Source of the DNA: Candidatus Omnitrophota bacterium | GTDB taxonomy: Bacteria > Omnitrophota > Gorgyraeia > Zapsychrales > Zapsychraceae | Direction of reading: 5' to 3' | Length of the DNA stretch: 64,000 nt | Assembly (NCBI GenBank): GCA_028280285.1 | Contig: JANQMA010000014.1 | Coordinates: 907 to 64,906 of the forward strand | Shown here: positions 1 through 8,895 of the stretch, in pieces | Layout: every line of letters starts with the position of its first letter | How positions within the stretch are numbered: the first letter of the stretch is position 1 | Notes under the pieces: generated by a model | Database searches by the model: none | Told to the model about the DNA's origin: nothing | The model's input: only the letters and a program-made list of their open reading frames with translations | Program-made: the position numbers and the translations under genes

Positions 1-1
1 T

Positions 2-2647
2 CTAAAATACCTTCATGTAATAGATGTAATGGATAAATTTTGGACAAATGGTCAAAATCCTTTGGATGCATGGAAGATGTTCAAACAAGATGTTGGTGGT
101 GATACTATAAATGTTATTTTTAGTGCTGATTTTACAAATGATATGGCAGAGTCTTTTAAGGCCTTTGAAGTATTGATAGAAAGCTGGAATGAAAATCCAG
201 ATAAATTTGTTGTAATGAATGATGTTTTAAAGAATTTTTCAGAAGATTTTTATAACCAGGTGGTATCTAGTGGCACAGGATACGAGGCATTTTTTGACAA
301 TTTTGGCGAGTATATAAAAGAAGACGATCTTCTGCAATCGAGTTTTATCTTATCCCAAATGCTTATGGATGCCGAACAGGTTTTTGAAAAATTCAATATA
401 GTAGATAGTGGTTTTGATAGTTTATCAACTTATTTAGGGGTTGCTAAGTATGTTGGGATATATGGAAAAGATGTCGTATTAAATGCTAATGATGCTTTTG
501 AAATACTTGATCGTGGTGAAGGGAGAGTTTCTGATCGTTATTTTGTTGCTAATGATAAGGGTGATATAGCAAGAATAACTAACGAAAAATATTTTGATGC
601 GGCTCAAAGGCATGGCGATAAGTTTGGTGTTCATGTTCAAAATGTATTGCGATTTTTTGAATCCGAAGAAGGAGCATATAGTAATGACAAGTTTGAGGAT
701 ACGGTTATAAATATAAGATTGCGTCAAACTATGCCAGAGCTTGTAGATTTATATGTAAAATTTGGTGCTAATGCTTTTCAGAGCGCTCTTAATGATAGTG
801 TACGTAGTAAGTTATTTCAAGGCCAAGGAAGTGAAGATTTTTTAAATCAATTTAAAAGTGAACTAGGAGATGAGGCTTCGCTTGGGCGTGAAAATGAAGT
901 CGACTCGGCAGCGATGGCGGAGCAGGATGATAATACCGCTCTAACAGATGAACAAATAAAACAGAGGTCTGATCCACGTTATACGAAAATTATTTTTGAA
1001 ATGCACAAAATTATTAAACATGCTGTTGGGGTTATGGGTGGAACTGAGAATGACGTTCAGCGTATTGCGGAAAAAGTACAGTTGGACATTATTAATCAAA
1101 GACGTTCTGGATATAACAAAGAAAGTGCGACAATATATTGGAATCCTAATAATGGATATGAAGGCCTTGGTTCTGAGGTTGGACATGCGATCCATTATAT
1201 TCTTGGGAGTGAAGATATACATAGGGGAATCGCTGAGGTTTACGATGCTTATGTCCATTATTTAGTTGCTAATAAGACAGCAATACAACAAAGGAGTGGT
1301 GTTTTTAGTGAGGAAAGAATTATTATTGGCAGGGCGTTGTTAAAGTTTATTGAGTCAGAGGAAAATCCATGGAAATGGAAAGATATAAATACATTGAATA
1401 ATGAAGAAGGTGTTCAGTTTTATCGAAAGTTTTATTTATTTTTGGTAGATGAATATGTTAATGTTCATCAGAGTGAAGATATTCTATATGATGCAAAAAG
1501 ATTGAAGGATTTCTTGGATAAAACTAAGAGGGATGTATATGATAAGTTTACTCATTTTATTGGTGTAGCTCTTTTAGAGAGGTTATTATCTTTTAATGAT
1601 AATGATATTTTAGCTGTCGGAAGGCAGTTATTTAAAGCATTAAATGATGAAAATATTGATTTCGAAACACCGAGCTCGTTTATAAGGGATGTTGTGTATG
1701 ACAGAACGGAAGACTTGGATATTATGGGTGATAAAAAACCTATAGATTTTCTGACAATAGGACAATTAGGCGATTTCGATTCATTGGCATTAGAAGAAGG
1801 TTTGTTAAAAGATGCAATGGATATTTCCTTTAGAGGCGAATCAGAAATTCATATGATGCCTCGGTATAATTTAGGGGGGCTGATTGAAGAAACTATTAAA
1901 ACACGTAGGAAAACAAAAATACAGGCAGTAGAATCAAGGGCTGAACTTAAACCCGAAAAAATATGGAGAGCGGTAGATCCGGTAAAGCTAGATCTGGTTG
2001 TATTAGCTGAAATGCCAACTCCGGTAAAGCTAGATGTGGTTGGATTAGATAGAATGCCAACTTATGATTTTGTTAATTTAAGGCCTCCTGAAGAAATAAG
2101 GAGATCAAATACAAAGTCTATTTATCGTTTTTTAATTTCAAATGATAAAATTATGCCCAGTGATCGATTCCGTCTGAGATTAAATTATTATAAATGGGTA
2201 GTTTCTGAAAAATTTCAAACTTGGCGGGATACTATATATTCTTTAGCCATTAAGCTTTCCCATCCAGAATATGAAGCATTGGAAGATCTGCCGGTGGAGG
2301 AATCAGATGATGAGAAAGACTCTGCTATGATAGTGAAGCAAGATCCGGCAAATCTCGGTGGGATTGATTTGAATCCAGCCAACTGGGAGCTTAAGACCAA
2401 GGGCATGCAAGGCTCGGATTGTTCGGAAGACGGGTTTGATGATTGTTTGAAGTTTGATATTCCTCAGGAGCAAATTGAGCAGTTACGTTTAAGCATTGAC
2501 GGGCTGGTGCCGGTGATTATTAACGTCCAGCCGGTGACCAATCTCCCACTATTTTTAGGTCTTGCTGATGAATTGCCGGATGAAAAGCAGCCGCAAAGGG
2601 AATCGGAGGAGGAGCTGGTCCTCGACGCTTTTATCAAAGAGTCTTAG
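2..2647 (+). CDS. Large modular protein, 5'-partial, with conserved C-terminal GGIDLNP...PVII...NLPLFLG domain (paralog of 23996-31006 and 58012-62247)
   Basis: Frame is open from position 2 (LKYLHVIDVM...), so the gene starts before the window. The C-terminus GGIDLNPANWEL...GLVPVIINVQPVTNLPLFLG aligns with the other two paralogs. The body is AT-rich. Confidence 0.85.
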   Translation, partial: LKYLHVIDVMDKFWTNGQNPLDAWKMFKQDVGGDTINVIFSADFTNDMAESFKAFEVLIESWNENPDKFVVMNDVLKNFSEDFYNQVVSSGTGYEAFFDNFGEYIKEDDLLQSSFILSQMLMDAEQVFEKFNIVDSGFDSLSTYLGVAKYVGIYGKDVVLNANDAFEILDRGEGRVSDRYFVANDKGDIARITNEKYFDAAQRHGDKFGVHVQNVLRFFESEEGAYSNDKFEDTVINIRLRQTMPELVDLYVKFGANAFQSALNDSVRSKLFQGQGSEDFLNQFKSELGDEASLGRENEVDSAAMAEQDDNTALTDEQIKQRSDPRYTKIIFEMHKIIKHAVGVMGGTENDVQRIAEKVQLDIINQRRSGYNKESATIYWNPNNGYEGLGSEVGHAIHYILGSEDIHRGIAEVYDAYVHYLVANKTAIQQRSGVFSEERIIIGRALLKFIESEENPWKWKDINTLNNEEGVQFYRKFYLFLVDEYVNVHQSEDILYDAKRLKDFLDKTKRDVYDKFTHFIGVALLERLLSFNDNDILAVGRQLFKALNDENIDFETPSSFIRDVVYDRTEDLDIMGDKKPIDFLTIGQLGDFDSLALEEGLLKDAMDISFRGESEIHMMPRYNLGGLIEETIKTRRKTKIQAVESRAELKPEKIWRAVDPVKLDLVVLAEMPTPVKLDVVGLDRMPTYDFVNLRPPEEIRRSNTKSIYRFLISNDKIMPSDRFRLRLNYYKWVVSEKFQTWRDTIYSLAIKLSHPEYEALEDLPVEESDDEKDSAMIVKQDPANLGGIDLNPANWELKTKGMQGSDCSEDGFDDCLKFDIPQEQIEQLRLSIDGLVPVIINVQPVTNLPLFLGLADELPDEKQPQRESEEELVLDAFIKES
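1979..2062 (+). repeat. 42-bp tandem duplication within CDS (PVKLDLVVLAEMPT / PVKLDVVGLDRMPT)
   Basis: ccggtaaagctagat...atgccaact at 1979-2020 and 2021-2062. Confidence 0.9.
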
Positions 2648-2653
2648 ATAATT

Positions 2654-2701
2654 TTTACATATTGATAATTATATTGACAATATGTAAATTTGTGTTATCT
2701 T
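2654..2701 (+). promoter_or_regulatory. Sigma70-like promoter overlapped by an inverted repeat; probably a leaderless transcript
   Basis: TTGACA 2674-2679, 16-nt spacer, TGt-TATCTT ending 2701, ATG at 2708 with no SD. Arms tttacatattg (2654-2664) and caatatgtaaa (2678-2688). Confidence 0.6.
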
Positions 2702-2707
2702 TAAGAT

Positions 2708-3868
2708 ATGATCGAGCGTCATTTAGCAAAACAAATTAAGCGATATGCCCGCCAATATCCGGTGATTACCCTTACCGGTCCACGCCAATCTGGTAAGACG
2801 ACACTGTGTCAAAAACTATTTAATAAACACACGTATTATTCTCTAGAAGACCTTGATATACGTCAGCAAGCCAAACAGGATCCGCGTGCATTCCTACAAC
2901 GGTGCAGTAGAAAGGGCGCTGTTCTCGATGAGATCCAACGTGTACCCGAGTTGACATCTTATATTCAGGGTATTGTTGATGAGCATAAGAAAAACGGGAT
3001 GTTTATTTTAACAGGAAGTCAAAACTTTCAAGTTATTGACACTGTTTCCCAATCACTCGCTGGGCGGACTGCTTTGGCCACGTTATTGCCGTTTAGTTTT
3101 TCTGAGGTTTACGATAAAAAGTGTCCTTCCTTAGATAAACTTCTTTTGATGGGGTTTTATCCGCGTATCCATGACAAGAAGCTTAAGCCTGCCGATATGC
3201 TTTCATTCTATATTAATACGTATTTGGAGCGGGATATGCGCGCACTTTTAAATGTAAAAGACTTAGGACAGTTCGAAGTTTTTTTAAAGTTATGTGCGGC
3301 CCGAACGGGACAGGTTTTGAATATGTCAAATCTGGCCAATGACTGCGGCGTTAATCATAATACTATAAAAAGTTGGCTTAGTGTTCTTGAAGCCAGCTAT
3401 ATTATTCATTTAGTTAGGCCGCATCATCGTAATTTTCGAAAACGGCTAATCAAATCACCAAAGCTTTATTTTATTGACGTTGGTTTAGCGGCCTATCTAT
3501 TGGATATCATAAAGGTTGAGCATATGGCCAATCATCCATTGCGCGGGGCGTTATTTGAAACATTTGTTGTTGCTGAAATTCTTAAAATGCGCTTCAATAA
3601 TGGGCAAAGATCTAATCTATATTATTTTCGGGATAATGTTGGTAATGAAGTTGATCTCATTCTTGATTACGGCACAGATGTCATTGCCATCGAGATCAAA
3701 TCTGGAAAGACAATGAATGCGAGCTTTTTAAAAGGCTTGCACTATTACAAAAAATTAAATAAAAGACATGTGAAACAGTCTATTCTTATCTATGGTGGAG
3801 AGGATGCGTATAAATATTTAGAATGTGATGTTATGGGTTATAAAAATATTGCTTCTGTTAAAATTTGA
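2708..3868 (+). CDS. AAA+ ATPase (AAA_14 + DUF4143, COG1373 family)
   Basis: Walker A GPRQSGKT, Walker B LDEIQ, SLAGR, KSPKLYFIDVG, and C-terminal EVDLI...IEIK PD-(D/E)xK-like motif. Confidence 0.9.
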   Translation: MIERHLAKQIKRYARQYPVITLTGPRQSGKTTLCQKLFNKHTYYSLEDLDIRQQAKQDPRAFLQRCSRKGAVLDEIQRVPELTSYIQGIVDEHKKNGMFILTGSQNFQVIDTVSQSLAGRTALATLLPFSFSEVYDKKCPSLDKLLLMGFYPRIHDKKLKPADMLSFYINTYLERDMRALLNVKDLGQFEVFLKLCAARTGQVLNMSNLANDCGVNHNTIKSWLSVLEASYIIHLVRPHHRNFRKRLIKSPKLYFIDVGLAAYLLDIIKVEHMANHPLRGALFETFVVAEILKMRFNNGQRSNLYYFRDNVGNEVDLILDYGTDVIAIEIKSGKTMNASFLKGLHYYKKLNKRHVKQSILIYGGEDAYKYLECDVMGYKNIASVKI

Positions 3869-4069
3869 TATTCATAGGAGCAGATCGAGCAATTACGCTT
3901 AAGCATTGACGGGCTTGTGCCGGTGATTATTAATGTCCAGCCGATGACCAATCTTCCATTATTTTTAGGCCTGGCAGATGACTTGCCGGATGACGAAGAG
4001 CCGTTTGAAGCAGCGAAGGCCGAAATCGGTGATTTGTCGGCCGTGTGGCAAGAGCAAACAATTTATTGA
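3861..4069 (+). pseudogene. Orphan 3' fragment of a giant-protein gene (direct repeat of 2450-2583 followed by a different tail)
   Basis: From 3878 it reads EQIEQLRLSIDGLVPVIINVQPMTNLPLFLGLADDLPDDEEPFEAAKAEIGDLSAVWQEQTIY*. By hand there are 13 mismatches in 113 nt versus 2471-2583, 11 of them synonymous. No start codon of its own. Confidence 0.85.
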
Positions 4070-4102
4070 CTTTTATGACCTTTTAGGTTATATTAGTCAA
4101 TA
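4064..4102 (+). promoter_or_regulatory. Sigma70-like promoter embedded in an 18-bp imperfect inverted repeat
   Basis: TTGACT 4066-4071, 17-nt spacer, TATATT 4089-4094. Arms 4064-4081 and 4085-4102 match at 15/18 positions. ATG at 4105 with no SD. Confidence 0.6.
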
Positions 4103-4104
4103 TT

Positions 4105-5310
4105 ATGATTAAACGATTTATTTCCAATAGCTTACAAGACGAAATTTCCCAACCGGAAATCAATATCCTTCTGGGTCCCCGGCAGGTTGGTAAAACAACG
4201 CTTCTCAAACAGCTTAAAGCGTATGCCAAAAGAGCGAGGCGTACGCCTTGTTTTTTTGATTTAGAGCAGCCGCAAATTCTTGCCCAATTCAATAGTTCTC
4301 CAACAGAAGTGATCGAAACTTTAAAAAGTGCCGGTGATGTTATTTTTATCGATGAATTTCAATACATTCAAAATGCCTCAAAAATATTTAAGGCTATTTA
4401 TGATGCGGGTAAGAATATTAAAATTATCTGTTCAGGTTCTTCTTCGATTGAAATTCATAAGCATCTTAAGGAAAGCCTTGCGGGGCGAAAGTTTCTTTTT
4501 CGTATTTATCCACTATCATTTGATGAAATACGCAAAAGATTAAAGGGTTCTTTGGAAGCGTATCTACTTTATGGAGGCCTTCCCGGACTTACGCATACAG
4601 ACGATTTTGCACGAAAACGTTTGATGCTTGATGAGTTATTAAGCAGCTACATATTAAAAGATATTAAATCACTGATCAAAGAAGAGAACATCCGCGCGTT
4701 CAATCATCTGCTTTATTTGCTTGCGCAAAATCAAGGATCAACGATCTCAATAACCGGTCTTGCTAATCAGGTTAACTTGAGTGTAAAAGCGGTCAGTCGT
4801 TATTTGGACATTCTCGAGCAAACGTATGTTAATTTTAGAGTACATAGTTATTCTAATAATCTTGGTAATGAATTAAAAAAATCATGTAAACATTACCTTT
4901 ATGACCTGGGTATACGTAATGCACTGCTTAAGGACTTTTCGTCGATAAAAAATCGTAAGGATAAAGGGGTTTTATATGAAAGTTTTGTCTTTCTTTCGTT
5001 GCTTGTGCGGCTGCAAACGAACATGGAGTTGAAATTTTGGCGCACAAAAGACGGTGATGAAGTTGATTTCATTCTTTTAGAGAATCGCATTCCTTTGCCT
5101 ATTGAGGTAAAAAGTAAGTTAAACAGCTCCTCTATACCAAAGGGATTAAAAAGATTTCTACTGCGTTACAGCGATGTGAAACACGCTTATGTTGTTAATG
5201 AAAACCTTACCGATCAAATTACTTACAAGTCCTGTACCATTGATTTTATAACTTTTGAAAATATCTCCTCCATCATTACGTCTCCGCTCATAAGAATGGA
5301 GGCTTCTTGA
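4105..5310 (+). CDS. AAA+ ATPase (AAA_14 + DUF4143, COG1373 family)
   Basis: GPRQVGKT, FIDEFQ, ESLAGR, YLYDLG, EVDFI...IEVK. Confidence 0.9.
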   Translation: MIKRFISNSLQDEISQPEINILLGPRQVGKTTLLKQLKAYAKRARRTPCFFDLEQPQILAQFNSSPTEVIETLKSAGDVIFIDEFQYIQNASKIFKAIYDAGKNIKIICSGSSSIEIHKHLKESLAGRKFLFRIYPLSFDEIRKRLKGSLEAYLLYGGLPGLTHTDDFARKRLMLDELLSSYILKDIKSLIKEENIRAFNHLLYLLAQNQGSTISITGLANQVNLSVKAVSRYLDILEQTYVNFRVHSYSNNLGNELKKSCKHYLYDLGIRNALLKDFSSIKNRKDKGVLYESFVFLSLLVRLQTNMELKFWRTKDGDEVDFILLENRIPLPIEVKSKLNSSSIPKGLKRFLLRYSDVKHAYVVNENLTDQITYKSCTIDFITFENISSIITSPLIRMEAS

Positions 5311-5464
5311 TTTTTTAAGGGTTTATTCTCTAATTCTAAAATTACTCCTTTAATCTTGACTATTATTTAATTACTTGTAACATATCTGCATACTTAGATA
5401 TTTCTGATAATATTTCTCTAGATCCCTAGCGGTTGAAGGTTAAGGGACCTCGTTTATCAATACA

Positions 5465-6346
5465 ATGGACGAATCGCAAAACCCTACAGAAGAAACAGAA
5501 AACGAGGAAGAAAAACCTTTTTTAAAGGTTATCGTTCATTCGTTCTTTATCATCCCGTTTTTGATTGCTGTTTTTTGCGTCATTCTTTTTGCCGGCATGC
5601 ATCTTTTAACGAGAGAAAACCGCACTGTTTATGATTACCTTGAAGATGTCAAGGCAGGCGGTGTAACCAAACGCTGGCAGGGAGCCTTTGAACTTTCTAA
5701 AATTTTAGCCAACCCCAAACTCCTTCCGGAAGACACCCGTTTTTATGACGAGCTGATCGGTGCCTTTGAGCAAGCGCGCCATGACGATAATCGTGTGCGT
5801 CAGTATTTGGCATTGGCCATGGGGCGTACCGAGCGCACGGAATTCTTACAGCCGTTACTCGATGGGCTTAAAGCCGAAAAGGAAGAGAATTTACCGGCGA
5901 TTATTTATGCGATTGGTATGCTTAAGCAAAAAGAGTCAGCCAAGTATTTGTACGATTTCTTAGCACACCCTAATGCACGCATTCGTTCCATTGCAACTGT
6001 TGCGCTAGGTAATTTAGGGGACAGAGCTTCGATCAAACAGCTTAAGAAGGTACTTGGGGATAGCGAGCCGAATGTCAGGTGGGGTGCGGCGATTTCACTC
6101 GCTAACCTGGACGACGACAGCGGTAAAGAGATTTTATTACAACTCTTAACACGCAGTTATTACGAAAGTTACGAGCAAGTCGATCAAAATGAAGTTAAAA
6201 ATTTAATTCTATCTACTATTGACGCATGTCAAAAATTAGATAATAATGACTTAAACGTTGCAATTAAACAATTAGCAGAATCAGACCCCAATATGAAAAT
6301 ACGCGCACGCGCACTTGAGGCACTTAACAAAAAAAATAATGAGTAG
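5465..6346 (+). CDS. Membrane-anchored HEAT-repeat protein
   Basis: N-terminal TM helix, then HEAT/PBS-like repeats (DDNRVRQYLALAMG, PNARIRSIATVALG, EPNVRWGAAISLA). First gene of the bc-complex operon. Confidence 0.8.
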   Translation: MDESQNPTEETENEEEKPFLKVIVHSFFIIPFLIAVFCVILFAGMHLLTRENRTVYDYLEDVKAGGVTKRWQGAFELSKILANPKLLPEDTRFYDELIGAFEQARHDDNRVRQYLALAMGRTERTEFLQPLLDGLKAEKEENLPAIIYAIGMLKQKESAKYLYDFLAHPNARIRSIATVALGNLGDRASIKQLKKVLGDSEPNVRWGAAISLANLDDDSGKEILLQLLTRSYYESYEQVDQNEVKNLILSTIDACQKLDNNDLNVAIKQLAESDPNMKIRARALEALNKKNNE

Positions 6347-6863
6347 TAATCCAAATAATCAAACCACACTTGATCAACCTGTTGAACGCAGATCTTTTAT
6401 CAAATGGGCCACCATTGGCTGGGCCGCCTTTATCGGTGTTGTTGGCGGCTACGCATCAATCCTCATCCGTTATCTTTTCCCTAATGTATTATTTGAGCCA
6501 AAACAGTCTTTCCGTGCCGGAAAGCCGGATGAGTATGTTATAGGAGAAGTCTCGGAACGATTTAAAGATTTGCATGGTGTCTGGATTGTCCGTGAGACAG
6601 ATAAGATTTATGCCTTGGCGACCGTCTGTACACATCTCGGTTGTACGCCGACATGGATGCCGGGTGAGGCCAAATTTAAATGCCCATGTCACGGATCTGG
6701 ATTTTATAAAAACGGGATTAATTTCGAAGGGCCGGCGCCACGACCGCTTGAAAGATATTTAATCGGGTTTAACGATAGCGGAGAAATCGTTATCGATAAG
6801 ACAAAAAAGTTTCAGTATGAAAAGGGAGAGTGGGATGATCCGCAATCCTTTATCGCAGCGTAA
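6339..6863 (+). CDS. petC: Rieske [2Fe-2S] subunit of a Rieske/cytochrome b complex
   Basis: Tat motif RRSFIK; boxes CTHLGC and CPCHGS; GPAPRPL. Start taken at ATG 6339. Confidence 0.9.
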   Translation: MSSNPNNQTTLDQPVERRSFIKWATIGWAAFIGVVGGYASILIRYLFPNVLFEPKQSFRAGKPDEYVIGEVSERFKDLHGVWIVRETDKIYALATVCTHLGCTPTWMPGEAKFKCPCHGSGFYKNGINFEGPAPRPLERYLIGFNDSGEIVIDKTKKFQYEKGEWDDPQSFIAA

Positions 6864-6931
6864 TATGTGATCTGTGGTCCGTGGTCAGTGCTCTGATAAA
6901 GATCACAGAACACAGACAACAGACCACACAT
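6864..6931. repeat. Heptamer-repeat palindrome (TCTGTGG-type arm, CCACAGA-type arm)
   Basis: tatgtga tctgtgg tccgtgg tcagtgc ... tcacaga acacaga caacaga ccacaca. Confidence 0.8.
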
Positions 6932-6962
6932 AAGCTATTGATGAACTACTTGGAGGAGCAAG

Positions 6963-7763
6963 GTGAGCAATCACGATCCGAATAAAGAAACACTATTTCA
7001 AAAAATGCAAAAGACACAGGTCTTTCGTGCCATTTTCAGAACCGGCGGGGCAATCGACACGCACAAAAAGCGTGTGCTGGTTACTCTTAATAATGTCTTT
7101 TTGCATCTTCATCCGGTGCGTTTGCCCAAACATGCGGTGAAAGTCAAATACACGTGGTGTATGGGTGGGCTTTCCTTTTTTGTTTTTCTTGTTTTGACTA
7201 TTACCGGGATTCTTTTGATGTTTTATTATCGCCCGACGGTTGAATATGCATATGGCGATGTGACGGATTTAAGCGAGCAAGTGCCGCTCGGCATTATGCG
7301 CGAAATCCACAGGTGGGCCGCGCATTTGATGGTTATTACGGTATGGCTGCACATGTTTCGTGTATTTATGACAGGTTCGTATAAACCGCCGCGTGAGTTT
7401 AACTGGATTGTCGGGGTTATTTTACTTATTTTAACGATGCTTATGAGTTTTACCGGTTATCTGCTTCCGTGGGATCAGCTGGCGATTTGGGCGATTACGG
7501 TTGGAGCTAATATGGCTGCCGCCACGCCGGTTATTGGTACCGCGGGGCCTGGCGCATCACTGCTCGCTATTGGTGATGTTAATTTTGTTCATGGAACAGC
7601 GGATGCCAAATTTGCGATGCTTGGCGGGCGTTTTGTCGGGGAGGCAGCGCTTATACGGTTTTATGTGTTGCATTGTATCGGCCTTCCGTTTGTGATGATG
7701 CTTTTTATGATTGTCCATTTCTGGCGGGTACGGAAGGACGGAGGGATATCAGGGCCGACATGA
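6963..7763 (+). CDS. petB: Cytochrome b N-terminal (b6-like) subunit
   Basis: WCMGG (heme ci Cys), [30 protein letters not shown]...H. GTG start with GGAGG SD. Confidence 0.9.
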   Translation: MSNHDPNKETLFQKMQKTQVFRAIFRTGGAIDTHKKRVLVTLNNVFLHLHPVRLPKHAVKVKYTWCMGGLSFFVFLVLTITGILLMFYYRPTVEYAYGDVTDLSEQVPLGIMREIHRWAAHLMVITVWLHMFRVFMTGSYKPPREFNWIVGVILLILTMLMSFTGYLLPWDQLAIWAITVGANMAAATPVIGTAGPGASLLAIGDVNFVHGTADAKFAMLGGRFVGEAALIRFYVLHCIGLPFVMMLFMIVHFWRVRKDGGISGPT

Positions 7764-8878
7764 TCGAATCTATCAAACTTTTTATCAATCAAATCACAGC
7801 ACCGCAAATCAGCTTTACCGCTATCATATTGCTGTTCTTCTTTATTTTTCCACCATCCGAGGGGCTCTATAAGTTTCATAAAAAGATAGGTCTGCATAAG
7901 CTTTGGACGAATGCGGGCGGCAAGTTTATGATGGGCGCTTTATTTTTGTTTTTTTGCTTCGGAATCATGGATGAAAACTTTCGTCTCATTGTAACAAAAG
8001 CGGATAATGTGCCGATTGTGGGGCTTTTATTTTTGGTTGTTTTCTTTTTGTGGTTTGCATTGAAACAAGGTTACGATAATGATAAACGCATCGAAGAAGG
8101 CAAGGGCCCGATCGAAGCCGAAGATGCCAAAGAAAAGGTGCTTGTTTGGCCTGATTTAGTTTATATTGAACTTATTGCGATCGTCGGCTGTTCCATTCTT
8201 TTACTCGTTTGGGCTATGGGGCTCGCCGCACCACTCGAAGCGCCGGCCAACCCAACTGTTTCCCCTAATCCGTCTAAAGCGCCATGGTACTTTCTTGGGC
8301 TTCAGGAAATGCTTGTCTATTTTGATCCGTGGATTGCCGGTGTGCTTTTCCCAGCGATTATTAAGCTTGGGTTTATGGCGATTCCTTTTATTGATAACAA
8401 TCCTAAGGGGGCCGGTTATTACACATTTAATGAAAGAAAAATGGCCATTTCCATTTTCTTATTTTTATGGCTTGTCCTTTGGATCTTTCTTATTTCTACA
8501 GGCACTTTCCTGCGTGGACCTAACTGGAACTTTTTTGGGCCGTTCGAATATTGGGATACGCATAAACTTGAGGCATTAACGAATATTAATCTTTCTGAGC
8601 TTGTCTACATGATCTGGCTGGGCCAAGCTTTGCCGGATAATATTCTTATAAGAGAAATGTGGGGATTTTTGTTGATCGGCGCTTACTTTGTCATTACACC
8701 GGCACTATTAACCGTTACAATATTTAAAAAAGTATTTCAGCGCCTTGGGCCTGTGCGTTACAGCGTGTTTATTGTTCTTTTGCTGCTTGCGTGCAGCCTG
8801 CCGATCAAAATGTATCTGAGATGGGCGTTTAATATTAAATACTTAGTCGCGATTCCGGAGTTCTTCTTTAATATTTAA
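7760..8878 (+). CDS. petD: Cytochrome b C-terminal (subunit IV-like) membrane protein
   Basis: [14 protein letters not shown]...[16 protein letters not shown] overlap with petB gives start 7760. Confidence 0.8.
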   Translation: MIESIKLFINQITAPQISFTAIILLFFFIFPPSEGLYKFHKKIGLHKLWTNAGGKFMMGALFLFFCFGIMDENFRLIVTKADNVPIVGLLFLVVFFLWFALKQGYDNDKRIEEGKGPIEAEDAKEKVLVWPDLVYIELIAIVGCSILLLVWAMGLAAPLEAPANPTVSPNPSKAPWYFLGLQEMLVYFDPWIAGVLFPAIIKLGFMAIPFIDNNPKGAGYYTFNERKMAISIFLFLWLVLWIFLISTGTFLRGPNWNFFGPFEYWDTHKLEALTNINLSELVYMIWLGQALPDNILIREMWGFLLIGAYFVITPALLTVTIFKKVFQRLGPVRYSVFIVLLLLACSLPIKMYLRWAFNIKYLVAIPEFFFNI

Positions 8879-8895
8879 GAGAAAGATTTTATCCT

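Noticed and set aside
2450-4069. Direct repeat as a DGR template/variable repeat pair
   Set aside because: Mismatches are not adenine-specific, are mostly synonymous third positions, and no reverse transcriptase is in the window.
2708-5310. ATPases as IS21 helper or transposon genes
   Set aside because: Motifs fit AAA_14/DUF4143; no transposase, integrase or terminal inverted repeats were seen.
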